Shown here in pieces: positions 1 to 53,670 of a stretch of 64,000 nt of DNA. Positions within the stretch are counted from its first letter, which is position 1. Every line of letters begins with the position of its first letter. Made by a program: the position numbers and the translations under genes. Under the pieces are notes generated by a model. It worked only from the letters and a program-made list of their open reading frames with translations. It ran no database searches and had not been told where the DNA came from. Origin of the DNA: the human T2T-CHM13v2.0 reference genome, Homo sapiens; NCBI RefSeq assembly GCF_009914755.1, contig NC_060926.1. One strand, 5' to 3'.

Positions 1-154
<154 letters not shown>

Positions 155-179
155 TTAATTAATTAATTAAATAAATAAA

Positions 180-560
180 AGAACCTCTTTCTTTTTATTG
201 CTAAATAATATTCGATTGTATGGATATATTAATATCACATTTTATTTATGCATCAGCTGATGGTCATTAGGTGTTTCCACTTTTGGTTTTTATGAATAGC
301 ACTGCTATGAATGTTTGCGCACACATTTTTGTTTGGACATTTGTTCATTTCACTTGGATCTATACCTAGAAGAGGAATTGTTAAGCCATATGTTAACTCT
401 AAAGTTTGAGGAAACACTGGGCTGTTTTCCAAAGTGGGTGCACCGTTGTTCATGGCCCCAGCAGTGTACACAGGTTCCATTCACTCCACAGTGTCACCAG
501 CACTGTTATTGTCTGTCTTTTTAATTATAGCCCTCCTCGTAGGTGTGAAGCGGTATTCTG
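180..560 (-). mobile_element. Old L1M fragment
   Basis: L1 3' region-like motifs (gctatgaatgttt...atatacctagaagaggaattg). Confidence 0.6.
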
Positions 561-1084
561 TTCTATTTTAATTGTTGGATTAAGTAGTTGGTTCATTGGC
601 ATTTCTTATAGTTTTTTTTTTTTTTTTACTTTTAACCAAGTTATGTTATATAACATTTTTGATGTATATTAAATAATACATTTTTAAAAGAGCAATACAT
701 CTATAGGATTGGACTTAGAAGGGAAGTGAGAATGAGGGAGAGAGAGGGAAGAAAAACCACTTTTTAAAATAGTAAGGAGACTGAAAAAGAGAACTTATTC
801 TGTGTCTTGCATGATATTGGGGACAGATATTTGGGGAAACACAAAATGAAGGGTAGAAAATAAGCAGAAGAAAAGAAGAAAGATATGAGTTTAAAAAGAG
901 AGTCTTTAGTCACCTGATGGAAAGTAAAAATAAAATATGGAAAACACTTAAATAAACATGTACATATAGTTTTATAATTTAAAGAATTTTGTGGCATCCA
1001 CCCTCAAAATAAGATTTTTCTTTATTTGAGATTATACTGTCTTTCCTTCTTTTTATTATTTTTCAATCCTGCTTCTTCCGTAGT

Positions 1085-1499
1085 CTTTCATTTTTTCTTT
1101 TCTTTTCTTTCCCCTTTCTTTCTCTTTCTTTCTTTCTTTTCTTCTTTCTTTCTTTCCTTTCTCTCTCTCTCTTCCTTTCTTTTTCTTTCTTTCCTTTTTT
1201 TTTTTTTCTCAGGGTCTGGCTTTGTCACCTAGGCTGGAGTGCAGTGGTGTGATCTTGGCTCACTGCAGCTTCTGCCGCCCGGGTTCCAGCGATTCTCTCA
1301 CCTCATCCTCCCTTGTAGCTGGGATTACACATGCACACCACCACCCCTGGCTAATTTTTGTGATTTTTTTTTTTTTTTTGGTGGAGATGGGTTTTCGCCA
1401 TGTTGGCCAGGCTGATCTCCAACTCCTGAGCTCAAACAAGCTGCCCACCTCGGCCTCCCAAAGCGCTGGGGTTACAGATGTGAGCCACTGCACCTGGTC
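1085..1499 (-). mobile_element. AluJ-type with CT-rich expanded tail
   Basis: Antisense Alu dimer preceded by a (CTTT)n tract. Confidence 0.85.
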
Positions 1500-1880
1500 T
1501 CATACTTTCAAAGTTTATTTTACTCAGAGCTTCTTCAGTAGGATTGGAGCCAACACACGTCTCTGTGTTTATTTGCTGACTCGCCCCAAGACAGGCTCTG
1601 CAATGAGCGCAGTGGTTCTTCTTCATGGCGCTCCTAGGTTCAGGAAACCGTCTCCATGTCCAGAGCTCCGCTCTCCCTCAGACTGGGCCCCTTTCCTCTT
1701 TCTGGAGCCTGCTGTCTCCCTGCATTCCTGACTGCTCAAATGGTGGCCCAGGAACAGCCTTCCTGGCAACTCTGTCTAAAATACCCCCAGCCACTCTCAC
1801 ACTTTCTTCCCTTACCCTGTCTTTAAAAAAAAATCGTAGTAAAATACACATAACAGAAAAAGTACCATCTTAACTATTTT

Positions 1881-2190
<310 letters not shown>

Positions 2191-2629
2191 CATCTTAACT
2201 ATTTTTAAGTGCACAGTTCAGTATTATTAAGTATATTCACATTGTTGTGCAACCAATCTCCAGAACTTTTTCATTTTTCTGAACAGAAATTCTACTCCCA
2301 TTAAAGAGCTCTCCATTTCTCCCCTACCCCAGCCCCTGGCCTCTGCCATTCTCCTTCCTCTCTCCATGAATTCGACTGCTCTAGTTTCCTCCTATACATG
2401 GAATCATACAGCGTTTGTCTTTTTGTGTCTGGCTTATTTCACATAGCATAATGTCCTCAAGGTTCATCCATGTTGTAGCATGTGATGATTTCTTCCCTTT
2501 TTAATAAATGTGGAGTAATATTCCATTTTATGTCTATGCCACGTCTCGTTTATCCATTCATCCATCAGTGGATATCTGGGTTGCTTCCACCTTTTGGCTA
2601 TTGTGAATAAGGCAGCTATGATGTCCTAG

Positions 2630-2930
<301 letters not shown>

Positions 2931-2950
2931 TTATTTTATTTTTTTGTTTA

Positions 2951-3341
<391 letters not shown>

Positions 3342-3931
3342 TCAAATTAGTAATAAAATATAGCATTTGAAACTGACAGAATGGGGTCAGAGAGTAATTT
3401 TATAACTGTTCGTATAAATGATTACAACTTTTCTGGAAAATAATTTAGTACCATGCTTTAAAATCTTAAAGAATGCAGATCTTTTCACCTAGTAGTTTCA
3501 ATTCTAAGATTCTGTCAGAAAGAATTTATCAGAAGGTGGGAAATAGTTTATAGATAGGAATGTCATTGCAACATAACTTGTAACTAGTGAAAATTAGAAT
3601 AAACATACAAAAATAAGGAAAATACCTTAAACTTTATGCTCCATTTATACAATGGGAACCTAAAAGACCATTGAAAGTTATGCTTTCAAGTTTTTCTTTT
3701 GTTTTAAGCAATACTATTCCAGCACTGGAGTAAATTATTATATTATTTTAGAGATAGTGGCTCTCTATGTTGCCCAGGCTGGTCTCCAACTCCTGGCCTC
3801 AAGCAATCCCCCTGCCTTGGCCTCCTAACGTGCTGGGATTATAGGCATGAGCCACCATGCCTGGCTCAAGTTTTTAATAAAATGAGAATATAGTCATAAA
3901 CTATGTTAAAATGAAAAAGTAGAACATAGAA

Positions 3932-3932
<1 letters not shown>

Positions 3933-3978
<46 letters not shown>
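3933..3978. repeat. (TA)23 microsatellite
   Basis: Direct reading. Confidence 0.95.
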
Positions 3979-3982
<4 letters not shown>

Positions 3983-4335
3983 GTACTATATATACAAATA
4001 TGTATGTATATGGTATATAATAAAAACAAGAAAGCATATATAATCCAAAATTGATTCTCAAAATTGGTGTACCTAACATACACTTAGGGAATTGATTATA
4101 ATCACAAATGTCCTGGTTCAGCCTAGGCCTACAGATCAGAACTTCAAGTCCCCTAGGAGGCAGGAATGTGAACAGTTACAGTTGTGCTCTCCTCATCCTG
4201 TGATATATAATTGTTTCATCTTGTATTTGTCTGTCTCCCAAGCTGCAATGTAAGCTCCAACTAAGACATGTAAGTATAGGGGAGCCGAGGGGGAAGGACA
4301 GGAAACCACGAAACTTTGCCTCCAAGTCAGGGTAG

Positions 4336-4758
<423 letters not shown>

Positions 4759-4964
4759 CAAAGATATTTTTCAAAGGAAATGCTGAGTGTTTTGCCATGT
4801 TAGCTACCCCTTCCTATCGCCAGTGGGAAATCAATTTACAATATTAATTTCTCCCTATGCACAGACATAAGAGGACTGCTGAAGGTGAGTTGGGAGAAAT
4901 GTCGAATCTGCTCTAAGGAGGATGGGGAAGGTGTGTGATGAAGGTTGCCGAGGGGTCACCATCA

Positions 4965-5624
<660 letters not shown>

Positions 5625-5629
5625 CTAGG

Positions 5630-5730
5630 AACTGTTAGGAGGTATGTGGAACCCTTACTTTATAACTGCAACTGAGGTTGTAAAATACTAAGTGATAATT
5701 AAGACTTAATATTTAACTGGGTTATCTATG
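5630..5730 (-). promoter_or_regulatory. LCT: LCT proximal promoter (TATA, CDX2, GATA, HNF1 sites)
   Basis: TATAAA at 5664-5659, TTTTACAAC (CDX2-type CE1) at 5685-5677, TGATAA at 5693-5698, GTTAAATATTAA (HNF1) at 5717-5706, AGATAA at 5727-5722. Confidence 0.9.
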
Positions 5731-5785
5731 ATCACAAAATCAGTACACGGTTCACTAATGCAATATTTAAAAATGTAAAGATCAG

Positions 5786-6089
5786 GGCCGGGCGTGGTGG
5801 CTCACACCTGTAATTCCAGCACTTTGGGAGGCCGAGGTGGGCGGATCACGAGGTCAGGAGATCGAGACCGTCCTAGCTAACATGGTGAAACCCCATCTCT
5901 ACTAAAAATACAAAAAATTAGCCAGGCATCGTGGCATGCGCCTGTAGTCCCGGCTACTCAGGAGGCTGAGGCAGGAGAATCACTTGAACCCAGGAGGCGG
6001 AGGTTGCAGGAGCCAAGATCATGCCACTGCACTCCAGCCTGGGCAACAGAATGAGACTCCATCTTAAAAAAAAAAAAAAAAAAAAAAAA
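5786..6089 (+). mobile_element. Alu (Sc/Y-type) upstream of the LCT promoter
   Basis: Full dimer with A tail. Confidence 0.9.
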
Positions 6090-6175
6090 GGTAAAGACCA
6101 ACACAAAAACCTCAGACTTCCTATACAAGTTAAGCAGAGGAACCCGGAAAATGTCTGAAGAAAACGATTACCAAT

Positions 6176-6481
6176 TTTTTTTGTTTTTTTTGTTTTTTGG
6201 TGACCGGGTCTCACTCTGTTGCCCAGGTGGGAGTGCAGTGGTGCGATCACAGCTTCCTGCAGCCTTGACTTCCTGGGCTCAAGTGATCCTCCCATCTCAG
6301 CATCCTGGGCAGGTGGGACCATAGGTGTGCGCCACCACGACTGGCTAATTTTTTGTATTTTTAGTAGAGATGGAGTTTTGCCATGTCACCCAGGCTGGTC
6401 TTGAACTCCTGGGCTCAAGCAATCCTCTTGCCTCAGCCTCCTAAAGTGTTGGGATTACAGGTGTGAGCCAGCGCACCCAGC
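6176..6481 (-). mobile_element. AluJ-type
   Basis: Antisense dimer with J diagnostics. Confidence 0.88.
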
Positions 6482-7618
6482 CACACATTATTTTAAAATT
6501 TGTTTACATAATACAAAAATAAGTATTTTGCCCCAAATTTTCTCTTTAAAAATATGCTGAACATATTTTGTAAGAGATTCAAACAATATGGAAACATCTA
6601 TGAAAAACTTGCAAATTCCTTCACCCTCCCCCCTCCTCTTCCTATAATAAGTATCTTCAGCAATATGTATCTTTCCAGTTTTCTTTCTCTGCATATCTTA
6701 ATGGTTATACAGGAGTCAGAATGCCTGGGTTTAAATCTCACCTGACAAAAATTACTTAACTTTGTGCCTCTATTTTGTCACCTGTAGAATGTGGATAATT
6801 CATCATAGGCTGTGGGGATTAAATGGGTCTTTCTTGTAGCATGTATACAACAGTACAGCTCAGGGATCATTATTATTACGTAAATACAAATGGAAACGTG
6901 TATAACATTTAAAATATAGAACAATTTAACATATATGGAATTATGCCATATGTATTTTCAGCCTTTTCTTCACTTAATAGCTCTTAGAGTTCTGCCTGTA
7001 TCAGAACATATAGACCCACCTCTAACAGATGCATAGCTTTCCACAGCAAGAATGTACCATAAATTAACATCTTGCATATTAAACACCGGTTGGTTTTACA
7101 TTTTTGTGTTGCAAACAATGCTGCAAATGAATATCCTTATATACAGGCTGGGCATGGTCAATCACGCCTGTTTTGCCAGTACTTTTGGAGGCTCAGACTG
7201 TAGGACTGCTCAAGCCCAGGAGCTTGAGGCCAGTCTGGGCAACACAGGGAGATCATCTCAAAAAAAAAAAAATGGTTTTTGATTGATTGAAATGCAAATT
7301 GTCTTCCAAGTTAAATCCTACATAGAGTTAGATGTGTGCCTGTATCCGTCTGCCTTGCTAATGCCTATTATAAAACTTTTACATTTTTGATACTTTGACG
7401 TAAATATTATGTGCTTTTCTTTTTCTGATTATTTAAGAGGTGAAGCTCTTCTTGTTAATTGGGCATTTTTCTTCTGAGTTTTATCTTATTACTGATATAA
7501 AAATTCTTAATGGGAGTTTGGATATCACATATTAAAACGTGATAGAAAAATTTTCCCATCTTTTAATTTGGTTTATAGTGTCTGTTTTTTTTTAATAGAC
7601 TCCCATGACTTTCCATAG

Positions 7619-7927
<309 letters not shown>

Positions 7928-8100
7928 TTTTTTTTTCTTAAGTGAAAGCAAGGCTATTAGGAAAGTAAAGGAATAAAAAATGGTTACTACGTCAGCAGAG
8001 CAGCCTAGTCTTTAAAGATACATTACCTGATACCAGTCTTCTTATAAAAATCCCATGACAAATCTACTTGAGTATTCACTCTTGTTTTTAATGTTTGCCA

Positions 8101-8106
8101 TTTATT
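8101..8106 (-). terminator. MCM6: MCM6 distal poly(A) signal (3' UTR about 1.2 kb)
   Basis: AATAAA on the minus strand about 1.19 kb after the stop codon. Confidence 0.65.
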
Positions 8107-8912
8107 TTTAAAATACTTAATTGTACATACTTGTGGAGTACATTTTGACAAGGTTTCATACAAGTTGATTCCAGGGAAAGAGATAATTATTGGGAGAAAC
8201 ATATTTAAATCATTGTTTTAACCTATATTAATCTGTCTTGCTTTCTACTAATAGATTTCTGGCTGCTCAAATTCACATTGCACTGGAAAGCTCAGACATC
8301 AAGGCAAGTTGAGTACTCATGGGTATTAGACTGTCCCACGTGGGCCTTAGCCTCAGACAGTTATTTTGCTTTTGTGACCTTTAACATACTTTGTGATTTA
8401 ATGAATGCCATCTGTTGTTAAAAGCTGCAACACAGGAACTGCTCCACCTCATGAACATACTGATCATAGCTAAGTCTCAGGAACTGTTAGTATCATAAAC
8501 GGTAATAACTTTTCCTGGAAGACCATAAAATTTGGGGATTGCTTGTAATATAGCAAATGACCTATTTCCCCTAAAAAAGCAATTTGAAAACAATCCTGAG
8601 AAATTACCCTTAGGACACAGAAGTAAAATAAATTACTAAAGAGTAATTTTAAAAAAGTATAATAAACTTTTATAAACTTAAAAAAAAAAAAAACAACTGG
8701 AATTAACCTTGGAAAGTCATCTCTAAGGCCTCTAGCTTTCATATGAGTTCTCTAATGACTCCTTCTCATAGAAACCTCATCCATAATACCACAGTTCTAC
8801 CTCTTCACTCCAGGTTAAGCAAAAAGGGAAAGTCTCACATTCAGAAGTAGATGGAAGTAATAATCAGGGTACAGTAGAAAGAAATCCAATAGACAACTTC
8901 AGAACAAGTTAT

Positions 8913-8918
8913 TTTATT
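8913..8918 (-). terminator. MCM6: MCM6 proximal poly(A) signal candidate
   Basis: AATAAA on the minus strand about 370 nt after the stop, followed by U/GU-rich sequence. Confidence 0.55.
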
Positions 8919-9289
8919 TTGATGAATAAAAGCAGTAGCTGGCAATTGAAAAAAAGTTATTTGCTCAATAGGACAGCACATACCTTAAAAGTAATGGGCC
9001 TTTTCTTACACATGAAAACAAAGGTATTGGTTATAGAGACTACACATTATTTGGTTCCAACTTCACTGGGACAGGAAACACACCAAAGGAAGTGCTGAAG
9101 CCTGTGTTGGTATGAAACCTGTGATGAATGTGACACATAGGACCATCAACTCAATTCTTGTTTCTGAAAACAAATCCTGGAAGCATCACTTCCAGAAACA
9201 CTTCTGTCCCTAGCAGAGCTCCAGCCAGGCTCCAGGCCACGAGGTGCTGTGCCACAGTTCCTCAGCTCTGGTCAGTTACTTTCACTATC

Positions 9290-45080
<35,791 letters not shown>

Positions 45081-45319
45081 TATTTTTGGCTGCTGGAACA
45101 AGTTCGAATCTGAGGGTTTTGTCCGAGTGGTTTTTCAAATGTTCTTTAAATCATTCCACTGATATTAATTGAACGATCGGAGTAAGACTCTATGGAAGAG
45201 AAAAATGAGTAAGCCGCTTCTGCTGTCTAGTTAGAGGAAATAATGGAAACCACAGTATAAAACCCTGTAAAAGAGTCAAAGAGATGTCTAAACCTTGCAT
45301 GGGTAAGGTGGCACAATTA

Positions 45320-46026
<707 letters not shown>

Positions 46027-46384
46027 TAATACCCTTCTTAAAATGCACTATTGGCTTGAGTTATCCTTATGTTTTTTTCCCCCATCTTTCCCTAACCATT
46101 TCACTTGGTTTTTCTGCCATCTCTTTGGCCATTCCTGATTAGCATCCTTTGTAGGCGCCTCTCCTTCAGTGAGTCTTTTAAATGTTCTGGTTCCAGAGCC
46201 TTCTTTTCCCGTAAAGTCGCTCTCTTGGGCGACCCTTTACACTCCCTTGGCGTTAATTAACATCTGGGTACTGATGATATCTATATGTGTATTTCACCAA
46301 CCAGTACCTTTTTTTGGCCTCCAAGACATTAAGAGAAACGGGGACCACTTCCATTTTTTGAGGCTTGTTGCATATTAAAAATAT

Positions 46385-46890
<506 letters not shown>

Positions 46891-47064
46891 TGAAAAGATT
46901 TTAAAATGCCAAACAGAGTGGACAGAAGCTCAAGTAATTATTTTAACATACGTACAAATACACTATTCACAAGATATTTACAGAGTTTAACAAAAAAGCT
47001 CAATGCTGGCGTGTTGCAGTGTATCTGTAATCGTATGTATTACCTCATTTGAAAATGAACACTC

Positions 47065-47690
<626 letters not shown>

Positions 47691-48180
47691 AAGAAAATGA
47701 ACACTTGAGGCTCTGTGTCCTACAGCCCTTTACCAGCTCTAGAGTCTGCCTGCCTACCAGACATCACCACTTGTACATATTTTAGGAAGCTTGAACTCAA
47801 CAGTGCTTCCTGGATATTCACAACCCGATTGAGCTAACCTGATTCTATTCCATCCTCTCAAAAGGCCTCACTCTTTTCTTTCTCATTTTTCTTCTTCTCC
47901 CTTCTCTTCCTCTTCTATCCTCAGGATAGATTTCTCAGAACTAAAGTCCCATGTACAGAAGGAAAAAAACAAAAATGATAGTGCAGAGCTCCGGGCTGAT
48001 TTTCAGCTATGCTCATTGAGAAACTCAAGGCTTCCTCTTCTCAGCTCTCCATATCTCACAGGTGTTCCCTTCCTCCTTCAGACATGTATCTCTGAATCAG
48101 AATAGTAGATGATGTCTGTAAGTGAGGTTTGTAGGGATAACTTCCACAACAGGAGGAGGGTATGAATTATGAAATATCTC

Positions 48181-48400
48181 TGTCACACCCCAGAAAGTTA
48201 TATGCTATGTGTGTGCACTGGTGCCCAGGCCTGCTTGCTATCCTTAGAAAGTCCTGTTCACAAGATTGGCCTTTGGCTGGCATTGGGAACTTGACTGGTA
48301 AATAATTCTCTACATCGATATAACACTATCCCTTGATAATGATGGCTCATTGTACCTAAACTGTACAATGTGATTTATGCTGAATACCTGGAAGTCTAAA
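48181..48400 (+). mobile_element. MER21-like LTR fragment
   Basis: caagattggcctttggctggcattgggaacttgact...tttatgctgaatacctg, resembling MER21 from memory. Confidence 0.55.
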
Positions 48401-48401
48401 A

Positions 48402-48966
48402 TTTTTTTTTTTTTTTTTTTTTAAAGACAGGGTCTTGCTGTGTCACTCAGGCGGGAGTGCAGTGACACAATCATGGCTCATTGCAGCCTCGACTTCTTGG
48501 GATCAAGCGATCCTCCTGCCTCAGCCTTCCAAGTAGGTACATGCCACCACGCCTGGCTAATTTTTGTATTTTTTGTAGAGACGAGGTTTGGCTGTGTTGC
48601 CCAGGCTGGCCTCGAACTCCTGGGCTCAAGCGATCCTCTTGCCTTGGCCTCCCAAAGTGCTGGGATCACAGGTGTGAGCCACCACACTGGGGCCTTTTTT
48701 TTTTTTTTTTTTGAGACAGGGTCTTGCTGTGTCACCCAGGCTGGAGTGCAGTGACACAATCATGGCTCACTGCAGCCATGACCTCCTGGGCTCAAGTGAT
48801 CCTCCCACGTCAGCCTCCCACGATGTGCACCACCATGCCTGGCTAATTTTTATATTTTTTGAAGAGACAAGATTTCCTCATGTCACCCAGGTCAGTCTTG
48901 AACTCCTGGGTTTGGGCAATCCTCCCAAAGTACTGGGATTACAGGTGTGAGACACCATGCCCAGCC
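48402..48966 (-). mobile_element. Two tandem AluJ-type elements
   Basis: Antisense dimers. Confidence 0.83.
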
Positions 48967-48974
48967 ATCCATGA

Positions 48975-49410
48975 TTCTTTTTAAAAAATTATTTTAGAAT
49001 AGCTTTGGATTTACCAAAAGTTGCAAAAGATAGTACAGAATTTTCAAATACACCTTGCCTATTTTCCCTTACTGTGAATATCTTACACTCTTATAATACA
49101 TTTATTACAACTCAGGAACCAACTTTAGTATGTTAGTATTAACTAATATTGCACAATTTATTCAGATTTCACCAGTTTTTCCCTACTGTTCTTTTTCTCT
49201 TCCCAGATCTCATCCTGATGCCACATTACACTTAGTGGTCATGTCTTCTTAGACTCTTCTGGTTTGTAACAGCTTCTCAGACTTTCCATAGTTTTAATGC
49301 CAATGTCTCTCAGTTGGGATTTGTCTAACGTTTTTCTCATGATTAGACAGTGATTATGGGTTAGGGAAGGATGATCACAGAGGTAAAGTATACGGTTTCT
49401 TACCATTACC
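48975..49410 (-). mobile_element. L1MC-type 3' fragment
   Basis: ttgcaaaagatagtacagaa...tttattcagatttcaccagtttttcc. Confidence 0.6.
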
Positions 49411-49701
49411 TTATGATTTTGAAGCAAAACATTGTATCTTTTCATTTGTAGATATTTCAGAATGATTTTCTAAAACATAAGGGTTCTTTTTCCTGAGACA
49501 TGTTTTTAGCTGGGAAGGAAACATCCTTCAAACAGCTGTAGCAGTGCAGGTTAGTGATGCTTATTATTTTAAATATAACTGTAATATTTTCCAGAATCAC
49601 TGACACTTCAACTTACACTAAATAAAACCAGCAGATTAAAAAGTTACATGATTTGTTGTGGGTGGTGTGCAATATTCAATAAGATATTTCTCATATTATG
49701 A

Positions 49702-50136
<435 letters not shown>

Positions 50137-50294
50137 TGACTTTCTTCCTAATTACTTAAATAAGCAAAGTTTGATCTTGATATCTAACAAAATAAGTTCA
50201 ACTATGATGTCTAACAAAATAAGTTCAAATAATGGCAATTTTTAGTTATTTTTATATGATTCTTAGTTTTTCCAAAAGCTGAACACCAGAATTC

Positions 50295-50297
<3 letters not shown>

Positions 50298-50332
<35 letters not shown>
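50298..50332. repeat. (AC)17 microsatellite
   Basis: Direct reading. Confidence 0.92.
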
Positions 50333-50336
<4 letters not shown>

Positions 50337-50337
<1 letters not shown>

Positions 50338-50811
50338 AGTTAATTTTATGTGCCAACTTGAGTGGGTCATGGGCTGCCCAGATTAAATATTATTTCTGCT
50401 TGTGTCTTTGAGGGGTTTCTGGAGGAGATTAGCATTTGAATAGACAGAATCTGTATAATAGATTGGCCTGCCCAGTGTGGGTGGGCACCATCCAGTCAGT
50501 TAAGGGCCTGAATGGAACAAAAGACAGAGGAAAGAGGAGTTTGCCCTCTTTTCCCTGCCTTACTGCCTGAACTGGGACATCTTGTCTCATCGTATGCCTT
50601 CAGATAAGATTTACACCGTTGTCTCCCCTGGTTTTCAGCCCTTCAGGTTGAGACTGAACTACCTACCAGCTTTCCTGGGTTTCCAGCTTGCAGATGCCAG
50701 CTCATAGGATTTCCCAGTCTCCTAATTGCATGAGCCAGTTCCTCATAATAAATCTCCCCCCCCCTCTCTCTCTCCTATTAGTTCTGCTCTCTGGAGAACC
50801 TGGCTAATACA
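50337..50811 (+). mobile_element. MLT2-type (ERVL) LTR
   Basis: gttaattttatgtgccaacttga...ctctggagaacctggctaataca. Confidence 0.8.
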
Positions 50812-51206
50812 CTCACTTTTAACTTTCATATACTCCTCAATTCATAATAACCTATCATTTTAAATATACTTTACATTATATTATAAATTAAGAAATATGA
50901 AGCTGCATACAAATTTACTCTTGTTTTATAGCTACCATAAAATGCTTTTATGTCCCCCTTAAGATCCTCCCAGGTTCACTTGTCTGTCATTCAGCTCCAT
51001 ATGGGCTCTGAGTCGCTCATTGATGACTCTTGCCCTCTGTGGCTCTCAGGCTTCTCCGTCGTCCCCACTGAGTAACAGGCTCGTGCCTCTCAGAAGCACC
51101 TTGAAGGAGAGAGGGGTTAAGGCCCTGGAGAATCCTTGACATTGGTCAAAGACATGAGTCAGTGATTAAATTTCTTCTCTTTAACCAATCCTCTGCAGAT
51201 GGATAT

Positions 51207-51241
51207 TTAGGTTAGGTTAGGTTAGGTTAGGTTAGGTTAGG
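51207..51241. repeat. (TTAGG)7 pentanucleotide array
   Basis: Direct reading. Confidence 0.95.
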
Positions 51242-52895
51242 TTATTTGCTCTCTGCTCCTCCGTTAGAAATAACAGTACAATTAGCATCTTTGCATGCAT
51301 GTATTTCTGGAGGTTAAGTTTCTGGAAGAGCTAGTCCTGGGTGAAAGGGTATGAACATTTTATGTTTTCATAAACTGCCCAATTGCTTTTCAATAAGGTC
51401 GTATCAATTTGTTCTCTTATCAATGCACATGGCATTTTCATTTTAAGTAAAATAAGAACCTTAAGGCAAATGGATTAAGTTCTGATCTTAGAATTACAGG
51501 CTTCAATCTGTCAGTGGGAAAGGATTATTTGGGGATTAGAAGCTTCCTGATGTCTCTAAAATCTCAGCCATCCCCACACTGCTCCATTCATTCATGTATT
51601 CAATCATTCTGTGTCAGGTACTGTGATAGGTACTAGTGATATTGTAGTGAACAAAACAGACACAAGTCCCTGCTTCTCATGAAGCTTACATTCTAGGGGG
51701 CGAGGTGCACTGGAGCACACTGAAGAGTTTGATACAATTCATTCCTTCTTGATTTTGAGCCTCAACAAGAAAATTGCTTCTGTTACTATATTACAGAGCC
51801 CAAGAATCACCCAGTATTTCAGAGAGATTTAAAACCCATCTCCATGGCTTGAGATTGAAAAAGAAAATTTCACATGCCACTCTTCTAGACATAAAAGAGA
51901 TCTGTACTCCTCATGTGCAGCTGTAGGAGGCTGCACAGGCAGCATGGGTTGACCTTCACTTTCATTAGCCCCAGGAGATATCCTAGAAATAGCAGACCAT
52001 TAAGTCTCACGTATGGTCCATGAAAAAAAAAAAATAACAGACCACTGGGTTGACAGGGAGCTCAGAAAAAGGTGCACTTTCAAGCAATTCAGGTGGAACC
52101 AAATGAAACATTTTTTCTGATCTGAATGCAAGTTATTCTGAAGTAATTAAAACAAAACATGAAACAAAAAAACCAAAATGAGCCCATGGTGCTCTCAGCA
52201 GTTGCAGAGAGGATTGTATGAGTGGTGGCAGCTTTGCAGAAAGCATTTAGTTGCACAGTATGTGGCAGGCATCAAGGATGGCTAGTTTGATTCCTAGTGT
52301 GACTTCAACTAAAATGTCCAAGGGCATGGTATGTGGGGGTTTTGTTGTTAGGTTCCTAATTAACAAGAATGAAGGGCTGACGTGTTCTATGATATGATTC
52401 GTCTCAGTGTGTGCATTCTGTCCTTCAGTCTTCTGCTGTCCTTCAGTCCATCCTACTGTCTGGGTATCCTGCAGTGGGCAGCCATGTTTGTGGATAGGGC
52501 TCCTGGAAACTTACAACCTAATGGTGGAGGCAGGATATGAACACAACTACAATTTGCAGAGTGATATGCAACTGTACCAAAAAACATAAAGTGTAAAGTG
52601 AAATCAAAGTACAAGGTTACAGTAGAAATAAAGGATCCTAATTAGGATATTTACTGTAAAAAGAGATAATCTACTGGGAGGCCAAAAAAATCACTGATTT
52701 CTTATTTTATAGCAAATTATAATTTAAAATTGCAAATAATATACATTCATTGAAGGAAAGCAGAAATACAGAAAAGCAAAAAGAATAAAAACCACCCCAA
52801 ATTGTACCACACAGAAATATTATTTAATATTTTGATGAATTTCATCCTTTCATATGAATTTCATTATTGTATAAGCTCCTTTTAAAATAAATTCA

Positions 52896-53670
<775 letters not shown>

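Noticed and set aside
51207-51241. Interstitial telomere, chr2 fusion relic or insect contamination
   Set aside because: The unit is TTAGG, the array is only 35 bp, and it sits in continuous L1-like human sequence.
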